A stretch of DNA of 64,000 bases from positions 124,001 to 188,000 of IMG/VR virus record IMGVR_UViG_3300030099_004448. One strand, 5' to 3'. Shown here piece by piece: positions 45,507 to 54,391 of this stretch; position 1 is the first letter of the stretch, and every line of letters starts with the position of its first letter. Position numbers and translations under genes: made by a program. Under the pieces are notes generated by a model that saw only the letters and a program-made list of their open reading frames with translations, made no database searches and had not been told where the DNA came from.

Positions 45507-46162
45507 ATATTCTATACAATGATGCAATAACTTTTGAACCTTTGGATCCATTTGTAAAAATTTCCAAATTTAAGTATTACGATAAAACTCAAGTAACTGA
45601 TGATGATAAACATGAATCATTTGAACAATTCATTCAAGATGTCCACGATGTAAAAAGTGGAAAATATGATAGTGATAGCTTAGAGTATCCACGATCTCAC
45701 TTCACTGCCTTGCCTTTTCTTTATAGAGATATAAAAAAAAATGATGTGAAATATCCAACTTTTTATACACCAGATCCCACTTCTCCCATGAAACTAACTG
45801 GTGTGTGTAGAAAACTTGTTCTATCTCATTTCTTTCCTTATACTCTTTTGGATAGAGTTCACTATTCTGTTCAGAAGGGTGGTAATCTATATGAATTGAT
45901 AGAAAATATATCCACAAACATCTATTGGTCTACTGAAAATGTGAATTCCGCTTGTGTTCTAGCCTGTAAAGGAACAATGTATCCTGCACACACATATGTC
46001 ATGGGGGTTGAATTCAATGAACCTAATCCACATCCTCTGGGTCCTTGGAGTGGTAGAGTTTACGAAGAAGAAGACATGTGGTATGATATGAAACGTCTGA
46101 TTGTAAAGTCAGACTGTGACTATGAAAAGCTGCTCCAAAAATTAGTTTTGGATTACGCTTGA
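45503..46162 (+). CDS. Unknown paralog family, copy 6 of 6 (motif diverged: GVCR)
   Basis: FTALPFLYRD..KYP..TGVCRKL..FFP..QKGG..NIYW. Confidence 0.72.
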   Translation: MNILYNDAITFEPLDPFVKISKFKYYDKTQVTDDDKHESFEQFIQDVHDVKSGKYDSDSLEYPRSHFTALPFLYRDIKKNDVKYPTFYTPDPTSPMKLTGVCRKLVLSHFFPYTLLDRVHYSVQKGGNLYELIENISTNIYWSTENVNSACVLACKGTMYPAHTYVMGVEFNEPNPHPLGPWSGRVYEEEDMWYDMKRLIVKSDCDYEKLLQKLVLDYA

Positions 46163-46192
46163 CATGATACGGATTTCCGTATAGTATAAATA
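46159..46192 (+). promoter_or_regulatory. Overlapping early and late promoters for psbA
   Basis: TTGACA-17 nt-TAGTAT with TATAAATA at 46185-46192; the spacer holds an ATACGG-ATTT-CCGTAT inverted repeat. Confidence 0.7.
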
Positions 46193-46244
46193 GATCAACG
46201 ACGTGGGATGTAAAGTTCCGTTAAGTTGTACAACTCTCCGTAAA

Positions 46245-46335
46245 CCGAGACCTCTAGGGAGTATAAACACGTCTCTCATACCTCTGCTAAGGGTGCAGAG
46301 GAATAGTAACTCCACCATTTCCCTGATGGTCTTAC
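46245..46335 (+). ncRNA. Structured psbA leader, PhotoRC-II-like RNA motif
   Basis: Hairpins CCTCTGC/GCAGAGG and ACCAT/ATGGT with complementary loops (AGGG/CCCT); GAGAC/GTCTC stem; position matches the published cyanophage psbA leader motif. Confidence 0.65.
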
Positions 46336-46351
46336 TTTTTTGTTCAAAACA

Positions 46352-47387
46352 ATGGCTTCAACACTTTCAAGACAACAATCACAATCCTCGTGGGAAAATT
46401 TCTGCGAGTGGGTAACATCCACCAATAACCGTCTCTATGTCGGTTGGTTCGGCGTTCTGATGATTCCAACTCTGTTGGCAGCAACTATCTGCTTCATCGT
46501 CGCCTTCATCGCTGCTCCCCCTGTGGACATCGATGGCATCCGTGAACCCGTCGCTGGTTCACTCATGTATGGTAACAACATCATCTCTGGTGCGNNNNNN
46601 NNNNGCATCGCTCGACGAGTGGCTGTATAACGGTGGTCCTTTCCAACTCGTAGTCTTCCACTTCCTCATCGGCATCTATGCTTACATGGGTCGTGAGTGG
46701 GAACTTTCCTACCGTCTCGGTATGCGTCCTTGGATCTGTGTTGCATACTCTGCACCCGTTGCAGCAGCATCCGCAGTCTTCCTGGTCTATCCTTTCGGTC
46801 AAGGTTCATTCTCTGACGCAATGCCACTGGGCATCTCTGGTACGTTCAACTACATGCTTGTATTCCAGGCAGAGCACAACATCCTGATGCACCCCTTCCA
46901 CATGTTGGGAGTCGCAGGTGTCTTCGGTGGTTCACTCTTCTCCGCAATGCATGGTTCCCTCGTTACCTCTTCACTGGTTCGTGAAACCACTGAAACTGAG
47001 TCCCAAAACTACGGTTACAAGTTCGGTCAAGAAGAAGAGACCTATAACATTGTCGCCGCACACGGTTACTTTGGTCGTCTAATTTTCCAATATGCATCCT
47101 TTAACAACTCACGCTCTTTGCACTTCTTCCTCGCTGCGTGGCCTGTTATTGGAATCTGGTTCACTGCCCTTGGTGTTTCTACCATGGCATTTAATCTCAA
47201 TGGTTTCAACTTCAACCAGTCGATTCTCGACGGTCAAGGTCGTGTCCTGAACACCTGGGCAGACGTTCTCAACCGTGCAGGTCTGGGTATGGAAGTAATG
47301 CACGAGCGCAACGCTCACAACTTCCCTCTCGACCTTGCTGCAGCTGAGTCAACTCCTGTTGCACTCACCGCACCTACCGTTGGTTGA
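46352..47387 (+). CDS. psbA: Photosystem II D1 protein; interrupted by a 10-N assembly gap at 46595-46604
   Basis: [48 protein letters not shown]. About 18 conserved codons (VVPSS...WEA) fall in the gap. Confidence 0.97.
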
Positions 47388-47413
47388 TATCTAATCAATC
47401 CATGGTATACTTA

Positions 47414-47439
47414 AGGGACCCTCGGGTCCCTATTTTTTT
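47414..47439 (+). terminator. Intrinsic terminator after psbA
   Basis: AGGGACC-CTCG-GGTCCCT followed by a T-tract. Confidence 0.8.
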
Positions 47440-47451
47440 CGCTATACTATT

Positions 47452-47805
47452 ATGCATGGTAAACTTGATCCAGAAGATAATGTTATGGATGACGGAATCG
47501 TTTCAAAACGCAAAGCGATTGCAGTATGCAATCAGAGTGTAGTACAAGAACTTTACGATGTAATCGCAAAACTTGGATGGGGCTGCTATGACAACGTTAC
47601 TGTTGAGATTGGTGGTACTGCAGTTTCTGGTATTGATGTTGGTGAGGAGTACAACAAAAAGTGGCAGTCGCCAATAGGTACTCGCAAGTATAATAAAGAC
47701 GCATTTATTATCATCAAGAACCAGGATCGTAGAGACCTGACTAAATCACAACCTTTCCCCGAAGGTGAATTTAAACCTCAACATCCTCACGAAGAAAAGA
47801 AATGA
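47452..47805 (+). CDS. Hypothetical protein
   Basis: 117-aa ORF after psbA. Confidence 0.7.
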   Translation: MHGKLDPEDNVMDDGIVSKRKAIAVCNQSVVQELYDVIAKLGWGCYDNVTVEIGGTAVSGIDVGEEYNKKWQSPIGTRKYNKDAFIIIKNQDRRDLTKSQPFPEGEFKPQHPHEEKK

Positions 47806-48107
47806 CTAAATTTTTGATGTTCACCAAACACTCCTGTGGACCCTGTGGTCTTGTTAAAAAATACATTACCGCACTAGAGGATTCACGGGAACATATCATT
47901 GAAGAAATCTATTTGGAAGATTTTTCCGATGAACCTATCTCCGAAGAGAATCTTGCATCTGCTAAAAAGTATGGTGTAACTGCAACTCCAGTCCTTGTGA
48001 TTGCGGATGAAGATGGTGAACTTCTAGAGACTTTTGTTGGAGGTATGTCTATCACTCAGAACATTCGTAGTCTCTGGGATAAGTATGAGATTCCTCACAA
48101 AGACTAA
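47802..48107 (+). CDS. Thioredoxin/glutaredoxin-like protein
   Basis: CGPC active site and cis-Pro motif ATPVL. Confidence 0.85.
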   Translation: MTKFLMFTKHSCGPCGLVKKYITALEDSREHIIEEIYLEDFSDEPISEENLASAKKYGVTATPVLVIADEDGELLETFVGGMSITQNIRSLWDKYEIPHKD

Positions 48108-48153
48108 GTATAACCACGTAAAAACTGATACATAGTGTAGTCGCGTAAACTCA

Positions 48154-48477
48154 ATGAAGTTTTTTTTCGCACTTTTGGCTACACTATTTCTTGCAGCTCC
48201 AGCGTGGGCAGTGGACGTACAAATGGGATCAAATGGTAATCTAGTTTTTGATCCAGAAGAAGTTACTATTTCAGCAGGAGAGACTGTTCACTTTATTAAC
48301 AACATGCTCCCCCCGCATAATGTGATCGTAGAAGATCGTCCTGATCTTGCTCACGAATCACTTGCTATGCTTCCTGGAGAAGAGTTTGATATCACCTTCA
48401 ACGATGCAGGTGATTACACATACTGGTGCGCTCCTCATAAAGGCGCTGGTATGATCGGTACAGTACACGTCGAATGA
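48154..48477 (+). CDS. petE: Plastocyanin
   Basis: Signal peptide; PHNVI and YWCAPHKGAGM (His, Cys, His, Met Cu ligands). Confidence 0.96.
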   Translation: MKFFFALLATLFLAAPAWAVDVQMGSNGNLVFDPEEVTISAGETVHFINNMLPPHNVIVEDRPDLAHESLAMLPGEEFDITFNDAGDYTYWCAPHKGAGMIGTVHVE

Positions 48478-48483
48478 TAACCA

Positions 48484-48771
48484 ATGGCACAAATCACAAT
48501 CGAAACTTCATCAGGAACCTCAACTTTCGAGTGTGATGAAGATACATATATTCTAGATGCCGCTGAAGAAGCGGGTATAGATCTACCATATTCATGTCGT
48601 GCAGGTGCATGTTCATCTTGCTGCGGTAAAATTTTAGAAGGAACAGTAAATCAGGAGGATCAATCCTTCCTAGATGATGATCAAATTGAAGCTGGATTCG
48701 CACTTCTCTGTGTGTCATATCCAACTTCCGATGTTAAAGTAAGAGGAGAAGCTGAGGAGGAACTTTATTGA
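48484..48771 (+). CDS. petF: Plant-type 2Fe-2S ferredoxin
   Basis: [13 protein letters not shown]...LLCV. Confidence 0.96.
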   Translation: MAQITIETSSGTSTFECDEDTYILDAAEEAGIDLPYSCRAGACSSCCGKILEGTVNQEDQSFLDDDQIEAGFALLCVSYPTSDVKVRGEAEEELY

Positions 48772-48998
48772 TGTCTTGTGATCTAAGAAATGATATTCTT
48801 GATGCACTTCGATCTAATGCCGAAGGTGAAATCAAAAAAGCAAAAGCAAATGTAGAAGTGTACCTTCACAACCCCGTGGGTATTGGTGAACATCCAGATG
48901 TTCTCGGAGCAATTCAAGAGCAGTTGGATATCATTGTCCATGCAGAGGAACGTATTGAAGCAATTGAAAATTACTTCAGACAACACAACCCCGAATGA
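48771..48998 (+). CDS. Small hypothetical protein
   Basis: NPVGIGEHPD motif; coupled to petF. Confidence 0.7.
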   Translation: MSCDLRNDILDALRSNAEGEIKKAKANVEVYLHNPVGIGEHPDVLGAIQEQLDIIVHAEERIEAIENYFRQHNPE

Positions 48999-49066
48999 GT
49001 ATAAGTCTCTATTGACCATTTCCGTAAAGTTATGTAAACTAAATACGTTAGATTACAACGGAGGTT

Positions 49067-50128
49067 ATGGCTTCTTCTACTCTTTCCCCGCCCATTTCAC
49101 AACGAGGTTGGTTCGATGTCCTTGATGACTGGCTTAAACGAGATCGCTTTGTCTTTGTGGGTTGGTCTGGATTACTTCTTTTTCCCACTGCTTATCTGGC
49201 CATTGGTGGCTGGCTTACTGGCACGACCTTTGTTACAAGCTGGTACACCCACGGGTTGGCGTCTTCTTATCTTGAAGGTGCTAATTTCCTCACGGCAGCT
49301 GTGTCAACGCCTGCTGACGCTATGGGTCATTCTCTTCTTCTACTTTGGGGTCCTGAAGCTCAGGGCGATTTCGTCAGGTGGTGCCAACTTGGGGGACTCT
49401 GGCCTTTTGTGGCGCTCCACGGAGCTTTCGCTCTAATTGGATTCATGCTTCGTCAGTTTGAACTGGCACGTCTTATTGGTATCCGTCCCTACAATGCTAT
49501 TGCTTTTTCTGGTCCTATCGCTGTTTTTGTCAGCGTCTTTCTCATATATCCTCTGGGACAGTCGTCCTGGTTCTTCGCGCCATCGTTTGGGGTTGCGGCT
49601 ATTTTCCGCTTCCTACTTTTCCTACAAGGTTTCCACAATTGGACGCTTAATCCGTTCCACATGATGGGAGTCGCAGGTATCCTGGGTGGAGCACTACTCA
49701 GTGCAATCCATGGTGTGACTGTTGAAAATACTCTTTATCAAGATGGTGAACAAGCAAATACTTTCAAAGCATTTGACTCAACTCAAGAGGAAGAAACCTA
49801 CTCAATGGTTACTGCAAACCGTTTCTGGTCTCAGATCTTTGGTATTGCGTTTAGTAATAAGAGGTGGTTGCATTTCTTTATGCTCTTTGTTCCTGTTATG
49901 GGTCTTTGGACAAGTTCCATCGGTATTATTGGTCTTGCTCTCAACCTTCGTGCTTATGACTTTGTTTCCCAGGAAATCAGAGCAGCAGAGGATCCAGAAT
50001 TTGAAACTTTTTACACCAAAAATATTCTTCTGAATGAAGGACTTCGTGCTTGGATGGCACCTGCCGACCAACCACATGAGAACTTTGTATTCCCAGAAGA
50101 AGTATTACCAAGAGGTAACGCACTGTGA
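49067..50128 (+). CDS. psbD: Photosystem II D2 protein
   Basis: [51 protein letters not shown]; intact. Confidence 0.98.
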   Translation: MASSTLSPPISQRGWFDVLDDWLKRDRFVFVGWSGLLLFPTAYLAIGGWLTGTTFVTSWYTHGLASSYLEGANFLTAAVSTPADAMGHSLLLLWGPEAQGDFVRWCQLGGLWPFVALHGAFALIGFMLRQFELARLIGIRPYNAIAFSGPIAVFVSVFLIYPLGQSSWFFAPSFGVAAIFRFLLFLQGFHNWTLNPFHMMGVAGILGGALLSAIHGVTVENTLYQDGEQANTFKAFDSTQEEETYSMVTANRFWSQIFGIAFSNKRWLHFFMLFVPVMGLWTSSIGIIGLALNLRAYDFVSQEIRAAEDPEFETFYTKNILLNEGLRAWMAPADQPHENFVFPEEVLPRGNAL

Positions 50129-50239
50129 TTCAGTTCGCAATCGGATTAGTTGTCGGGTATTTTCTTACCCGACTTATCATCACCACATATAAAGCGTCTA
50201 GAGTTTTATATGAAAACTTTAGACATATGGGGTAAGTAA

Positions 50240-50449
50240 ATGAATCATTATCTTGTTCTTGTTTATGGTATATGCTTTTCCCTTATTGGTGGTGCAGCAT
50301 TTGCGATGATGTGGGCGAATATCAATTCACTTGACATCAAACCTAGATCGAAAAAACCGAGTCATCCAGAGGCACCAGAACCAGGAGAAGAGGTAATGTA
50401 TGTTGATCTCTCTAGAGAAAAACTTGAAAAACTTTACGATGAAAACTAG
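50240..50449 (+). CDS. Small membrane protein (DUF2973-like)
   Basis: TM followed by HPE...GEEVMYV, a pattern of the cyanobacterial DUF2973 family. Confidence 0.55.
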   Translation: MNHYLVLVYGICFSLIGGAAFAMMWANINSLDIKPRSKKPSHPEAPEPGEEVMYVDLSREKLEKLYDEN

Positions 50450-50513
50450 AGGATGTTGCGGAGCAGGATGTTATGACTGTCCATTCAGACCATCACCACG
50501 AACCAAACGGTGA
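50439..50513 (+). CDS. Cys-rich micro-ORF (24 aa)
   Basis: MKTRGCCGAGCYDCPFRPSPRTKR. Confidence 0.45.
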   Translation: MKTRGCCGAGCYDCPFRPSPRTKR

Positions 50514-50730
50514 GAGTTCTACATTAAAACAATTGATAATTAGTTGTGCAGTATTACTTGTCTTTACAATCATTTGTTTTCTAATCATGCTTGCCGGGAT
50601 GATTTACGTATGATTACTTCAACAACACCCCATAAAGTTAGGGAGATAATTATGGATACGTGGCCTCAACTCTATTGGTTAAAAAAGAAAGCTAGAAACC
50701 AAAAATAGCTTTTTTTTCCAAAAATAGCGC

Positions 50731-50770
50731 AAAAAAAATCCCTGGCAATTTTTGATTGCCAGGGTTTTTT
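50731..50770. terminator. Bidirectional terminator-like hairpin
   Basis: A-tract, CCCTGGCAAT/ATTGCCAGGG 10-bp stem, T-tract. Confidence 0.7.
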
Positions 50771-50808
50771 ATGGTATTATAATTAGTATGTAATATATCG
50801 AGGATCAT

Positions 50809-51360
50809 GTGAAAGTAGACATGGAAAAACTCTTGAATGTTCCTTACATTCAAGATTACAGGAACAATCCCAAGTTTCAAGAGTATTGCGAACAATACGT
50901 GGATTTTTGGAGTAAACAAACTCCAGAAGGATTAGACTCAATCGCTCTTGTACGTGCAGTTGAGTGTACTAATGGTATTGTGCAGTATTCTTATAGAGAC
51001 GGTGATCCCTGGGCCCTGGATACTGAACAGACTCGACTTTGCATGAAGACTTCTATGTCTTTTATAAAGTCTAAGGAGTTACCTCTACCCGATGGTACAG
51101 TTGTTAAATGTGACCCATCTGTTATCGATGCTTTGAACAAAGTAAGAGATATTTACATTAAAGGATTCAAAATGGGTGACGAAGATTGTATGATGGAATT
51201 CTATGCACAATCTATCGCACAGTTTTATGTGATTGGTAGAGAAAAATTGAATGAAAAGTGCGACTTCGTTGCAGAACACTTCAAACATGTTTTTGGAGAG
51301 TTTATGCTAAAAGAAGGAAGAGCTTACATAATGTCCTATCTAAATGCTATGGGTAAATGA
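50809..51360 (+). CDS. Hypothetical protein
   Basis: 183-aa ORF (GTG start, or ATG at 50821). Confidence 0.7.
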   Translation: MKVDMEKLLNVPYIQDYRNNPKFQEYCEQYVDFWSKQTPEGLDSIALVRAVECTNGIVQYSYRDGDPWALDTEQTRLCMKTSMSFIKSKELPLPDGTVVKCDPSVIDALNKVRDIYIKGFKMGDEDCMMEFYAQSIAQFYVIGREKLNEKCDFVAEHFKHVFGEFMLKEGRAYIMSYLNAMGK

Positions 51361-51776
51361 CCGAAGCTTATGTTCAGAGAGTATGGTTCTCTGTTATCTA
51401 CAAATCTACTGGAAAGAAAAAATGTGATTGTGGATTGGAAACTACTGCAATGGAAATAGTTGCAAAAAATCCACATGAATTGACCTATGTAAGGAGTGAC
51501 GCCCATCTTATGGGTCAAGTTATTGATGTCACTCCTCCCCCTGCACTCCCTACTAATGAAATTGTTATGGCTGACGGTTACAGTACAAGTGAAGATGATA
51601 TCGTTGTAAATATGGATGGTGGAGTTGGTGGATCTTGGAAACAGATCAAACCAGAAGATGAAGAGTACGAACATATCAATGACGATCCCCATGATGGATG
51701 GTGGTTGAGACCTGAACATAGAGATGATGTCCTACCGCAACTCCAAGAGAGTAACTTAGAACCCTTCAATCCATGA
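51357..51776 (+). CDS. Hypothetical protein
   Basis: ATGA overlap with the previous gene. Confidence 0.65.
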   Translation: MTEAYVQRVWFSVIYKSTGKKKCDCGLETTAMEIVAKNPHELTYVRSDAHLMGQVIDVTPPPALPTNEIVMADGYSTSEDDIVVNMDGGVGGSWKQIKPEDEEYEHINDDPHDGWWLRPEHRDDVLPQLQESNLEPFNP

Positions 51777-51909
51777 CCAAAAATTGGAAAGAAATTGCTA
51801 TCGAATCCGAGTCTGATGAAAGAATTTTAAAAGTTCTCAAAGAAGGACCTAAAAGTCTTGCTCAGTCTTGGATGTTGCAAGCAATGAAATATAAGTACGA
51901 TAGAAAAAA

Positions 51910-52224
51910 ATGACACACCCACATCACGAACATAATACACTTTCTGCAATTCGTGGATTTCTTGAGAATATTGCTAACGAAGAGTTGACAGATGTTCCAG
52001 AAAAGATTAGAATGAGTGCAAGATATTTTTTGAAAACCTATCCATCTCAGGAAAGGTTGAACGAACTATATCAGGGTCAAACTTTTACTGATCTTGCTGC
52101 TCCTGCAGAACCAGAGAAGGCGATTCCCAACCCAAATAGGATTGTGAATGATAACCAAACTTGGGAAACACCAGGATTCAAGTGGAAGAGTGAAGTAGAG
52201 TTTAAACCCTCTCAGGGGAATTAG
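51910..52224 (+). CDS. Hypothetical protein
   Basis: 104-aa ORF; its stop lies inside the tRNA-Ala 5' end. Confidence 0.6.
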   Translation: MTHPHHEHNTLSAIRGFLENIANEELTDVPEKIRMSARYFLKTYPSQERLNELYQGQTFTDLAAPAEPEKAIPNPNRIVNDNQTWETPGFKWKSEVEFKPSQGN

Positions 52225-52287
52225 CTCAGCTGGTAGAGCGCCTGCTTTGCAAGCAGGATGTCAGCGGTTCGAGTCCGCTATTCTCCA
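52215..52287 (+). tRNA. tRNA-Ala(UGC)
   Basis: Acceptor GGGGAAT/ATTCTCC (G3-U70), anticodon loop TTTGCAA. Confidence 0.96.
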
Positions 52288-52539
52288 TACATTACTAAAT
52301 GTTGACTTTCTGTTAGGGTTAGTTGACAAATCCTATAGATAGACTAGAATTGTCCTGTGACGAACATTCATTATGGAAAGACACCGATCCGCTTTGGGTA
52401 GAGTCTTGTATTTTACAATGCCAGAGCAGGAAATCATCTACAGAGCAGTAGATGAGTACGTGCAACGGAACCCTGGAGTTGCATCCACTTCAGAGGACAT
52501 TCTAAAAGACTTTTATCGACGACACTTTGACGGAGGAAA

Positions 52540-52737
52540 ATGAGAGATCAAAATTCTATTGACGACAATGAATCGAAACAAGACAAGTGGAATCGAGGTC
52601 TTGACATTTTTATTGAGTCTGTGAATAAACCAGACTCTGCACTTAGGGGATGTGCTCACAATCAACGGTGCTACCATGAACTTATGGATATTCGGAATGA
52701 TGTCCTGGAGTATCTAAAATCTAAGAGATGGAACTAA
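52540..52737 (+). CDS. Small hypothetical protein
   Basis: GGAGG SD 5 nt upstream of the ATG. Confidence 0.7.
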   Translation: MRDQNSIDDNESKQDKWNRGLDIFIESVNKPDSALRGCAHNQRCYHELMDIRNDVLEYLKSKRWN

Positions 52738-53018
52738 ACATAATTTTACTGTTCTCGTTTTGTGTAGTCGCCTGGTTCATTGCCTCGGATGAGTCGGTTG
52801 CCGAATTCGTGGTATTAGTGGGAGAATACATAAAGACAAAGACACGGATTTCTTGGTGGTGGATAACCAATAATCCAAGAAATCCCATTGTAAAATTCTT
52901 AATTAACAGAAGGTCTCACCGAGAGGCTGAGAAATTGCTCAAGATTATTAATGAAGAACGCAATAGTAATCCCAGTTCGATTGAACAGTCAGAGACTTCC
53001 CAAGAAAGCTCTGATTGA
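52728..53018 (+). CDS. Hypothetical membrane protein
   Basis: N-terminal TM. Confidence 0.6.
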   Translation: MELNIILLFSFCVVAWFIASDESVAEFVVLVGEYIKTKTRISWWWITNNPRNPIVKFLINRRSHREAEKLLKIINEERNSNPSSIEQSETSQESSD

Positions 53019-53661
53019 TATCGAAGGTAAAACCTTAATTCAAAGAGTAGTCGGGCAGTGTCTTAAAACAGATCTGCCTGTGTATCTTATTACAGACAGT
53101 CAAGAAATTGCTGATTCCGTGTGTCCCCGTAGGACCACGGTTCTTTTTTTAAGAGAAGAAGCATGCTCGGGAACAGAAAGAATTGCAAATGCAATTGATA
53201 TGATTCCTGCGGATGGTGTTATTAATGTTCAAGGTGATCAACCGTTCGTCGATCCTCAAGAGATCTTGGTCATGAATGAACATATGATTGCAAACAATTC
53301 AACGTATCCCGTGATCACACCATCTAAGATCTACGAGAGGGATCATCCATATGCTAAGGACCCGAACAAAGTTAAAGTTGTTTCTTCTAAGTATGGTCGT
53401 GCTCTTTACTTTAGCCGCCATGCCATCGGCGATGAGAGAGTTAGAATCCACATGGGAATTTATGGATACCGAAGATCTGCATTAGAAAGGTATCAATACA
53501 TGAAACCAACTCCTTTAGAACAAAGAGAGAGGTTGGAACAGTTGAGATTCCTTGAAAATGATATTTCTATCTACACTTATGAAACAGAAAGAGATCTGTT
53601 TTCTGTAGACACGCCACAAGACCTAGAACACGCTAGAGAGATAGCTTGGGAATACGACTAA
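52951..53661 (+). CDS. kdsB: 3-deoxy-manno-octulosonate cytidylyltransferase (CMP-Kdo synthetase)
   Basis: IPVRLNSQRLPKKAL, SGTERI, INVQGDQP, ALYFSR, LEQRERLEQLRFL, SVDTPQDL. Confidence 0.93.
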   Translation: MKNAIVIPVRLNSQRLPKKALIDIEGKTLIQRVVGQCLKTDLPVYLITDSQEIADSVCPRRTTVLFLREEACSGTERIANAIDMIPADGVINVQGDQPFVDPQEILVMNEHMIANNSTYPVITPSKIYERDHPYAKDPNKVKVVSSKYGRALYFSRHAIGDERVRIHMGIYGYRRSALERYQYMKPTPLEQRERLEQLRFLENDISIYTYETERDLFSVDTPQDLEHAREIAWEYD

Positions 53662-54357
53662 GGGTATTTGGGAGTGTCGGTCTGAGAGTGCCCTAGAGGG
53701 ATCTGGATGCACCTCAGCGAAGAATGCTTCTGCACCCCAGATTTTTGCACTCTGTGCAAGAGGTTGTGCATAGAACCAGTTACCACCAGTTGTAGATTCT
53801 CCACCTTCCTGGGTAGAGTGAGTTGAATCAAAACAAACTTTGAATCCAGCACTCTTCAGTTTATGAATAGTTCGGAAGTCAACCACCAGGTTGTCATAAC
53901 CGAAAGATGTACCACGTTCGCAGATATAAAAGTCTTCGCAACCATATGCTTCCATGTTCTCACCTAGGAGAATTGCCTGACGAGGGGACATAAACTGACC
54001 CTTCTTGACATTGACTAATTTACCAGACTCTGCAACTGCTTGAAGCAGGTCGTTTTGACGACACAAAAATGCAGGGACTTGGTATGCGTCTACATAGTTT
54101 GATAGGATCGCAACGTCTTGTGGTTCATGGACATCGGTGATGACTTTGTAACCTGCATCACGCAGTTTTTCAAAGATCTTGATTGCGAATCTAAGTCCAT
54201 GTCCACGAAAACTCTTATGACTGGATCGGTTTGCCTTGTCAAAGGATGCCTTGAAGTAATAATCTACATCTTCGGGTAGATTTTCAGTAATAGTTTTCGC
54301 CACTAGAAATGCATCTTCTTCAGACTCTAGTAGACATGGGCCTGCAAACAGCTTCAT
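53623..54357 (-). CDS. kdsA: Kdo-8-phosphate synthase
   Basis: AGPCLLES, KASFDKANRSS..SFRG, TDVHE, PAFLCRQ, NVKKGQFM, ERGTSFGY, FDSTHS. Confidence 0.95.
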   Translation of the reverse strand: MKLFAGPCLLESEEDAFLVAKTITENLPEDVDYYFKASFDKANRSSHKSFRGHGLRFAIKIFEKLRDAGYKVITDVHEPQDVAILSNYVDAYQVPAFLCRQNDLLQAVAESGKLVNVKKGQFMSPRQAILLGENMEAYGCEDFYICERGTSFGYDNLVVDFRTIHKLKSAGFKVCFDSTHSTQEGGESTTGGNWFYAQPLAQSAKIWGAEAFFAEVHPDPSRALSDRHSQIPLVVFPSYLSSVF

Positions 54358-54391
54358 TCTATGTTAAACTACTTGTACTAATTATACCACG

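Noticed and set aside
46533-46630. Apparent frameshift or split of psbA into two ORFs (possible pseudogene or intron)
   Set aside because: The break coincides with a 10-N scaffold gap (46595-46604) standing in for about 54 nt of conserved D1 sequence, and both sides are intact. It is an assembly artefact, although an insertion hidden in the gap cannot be excluded without reads.
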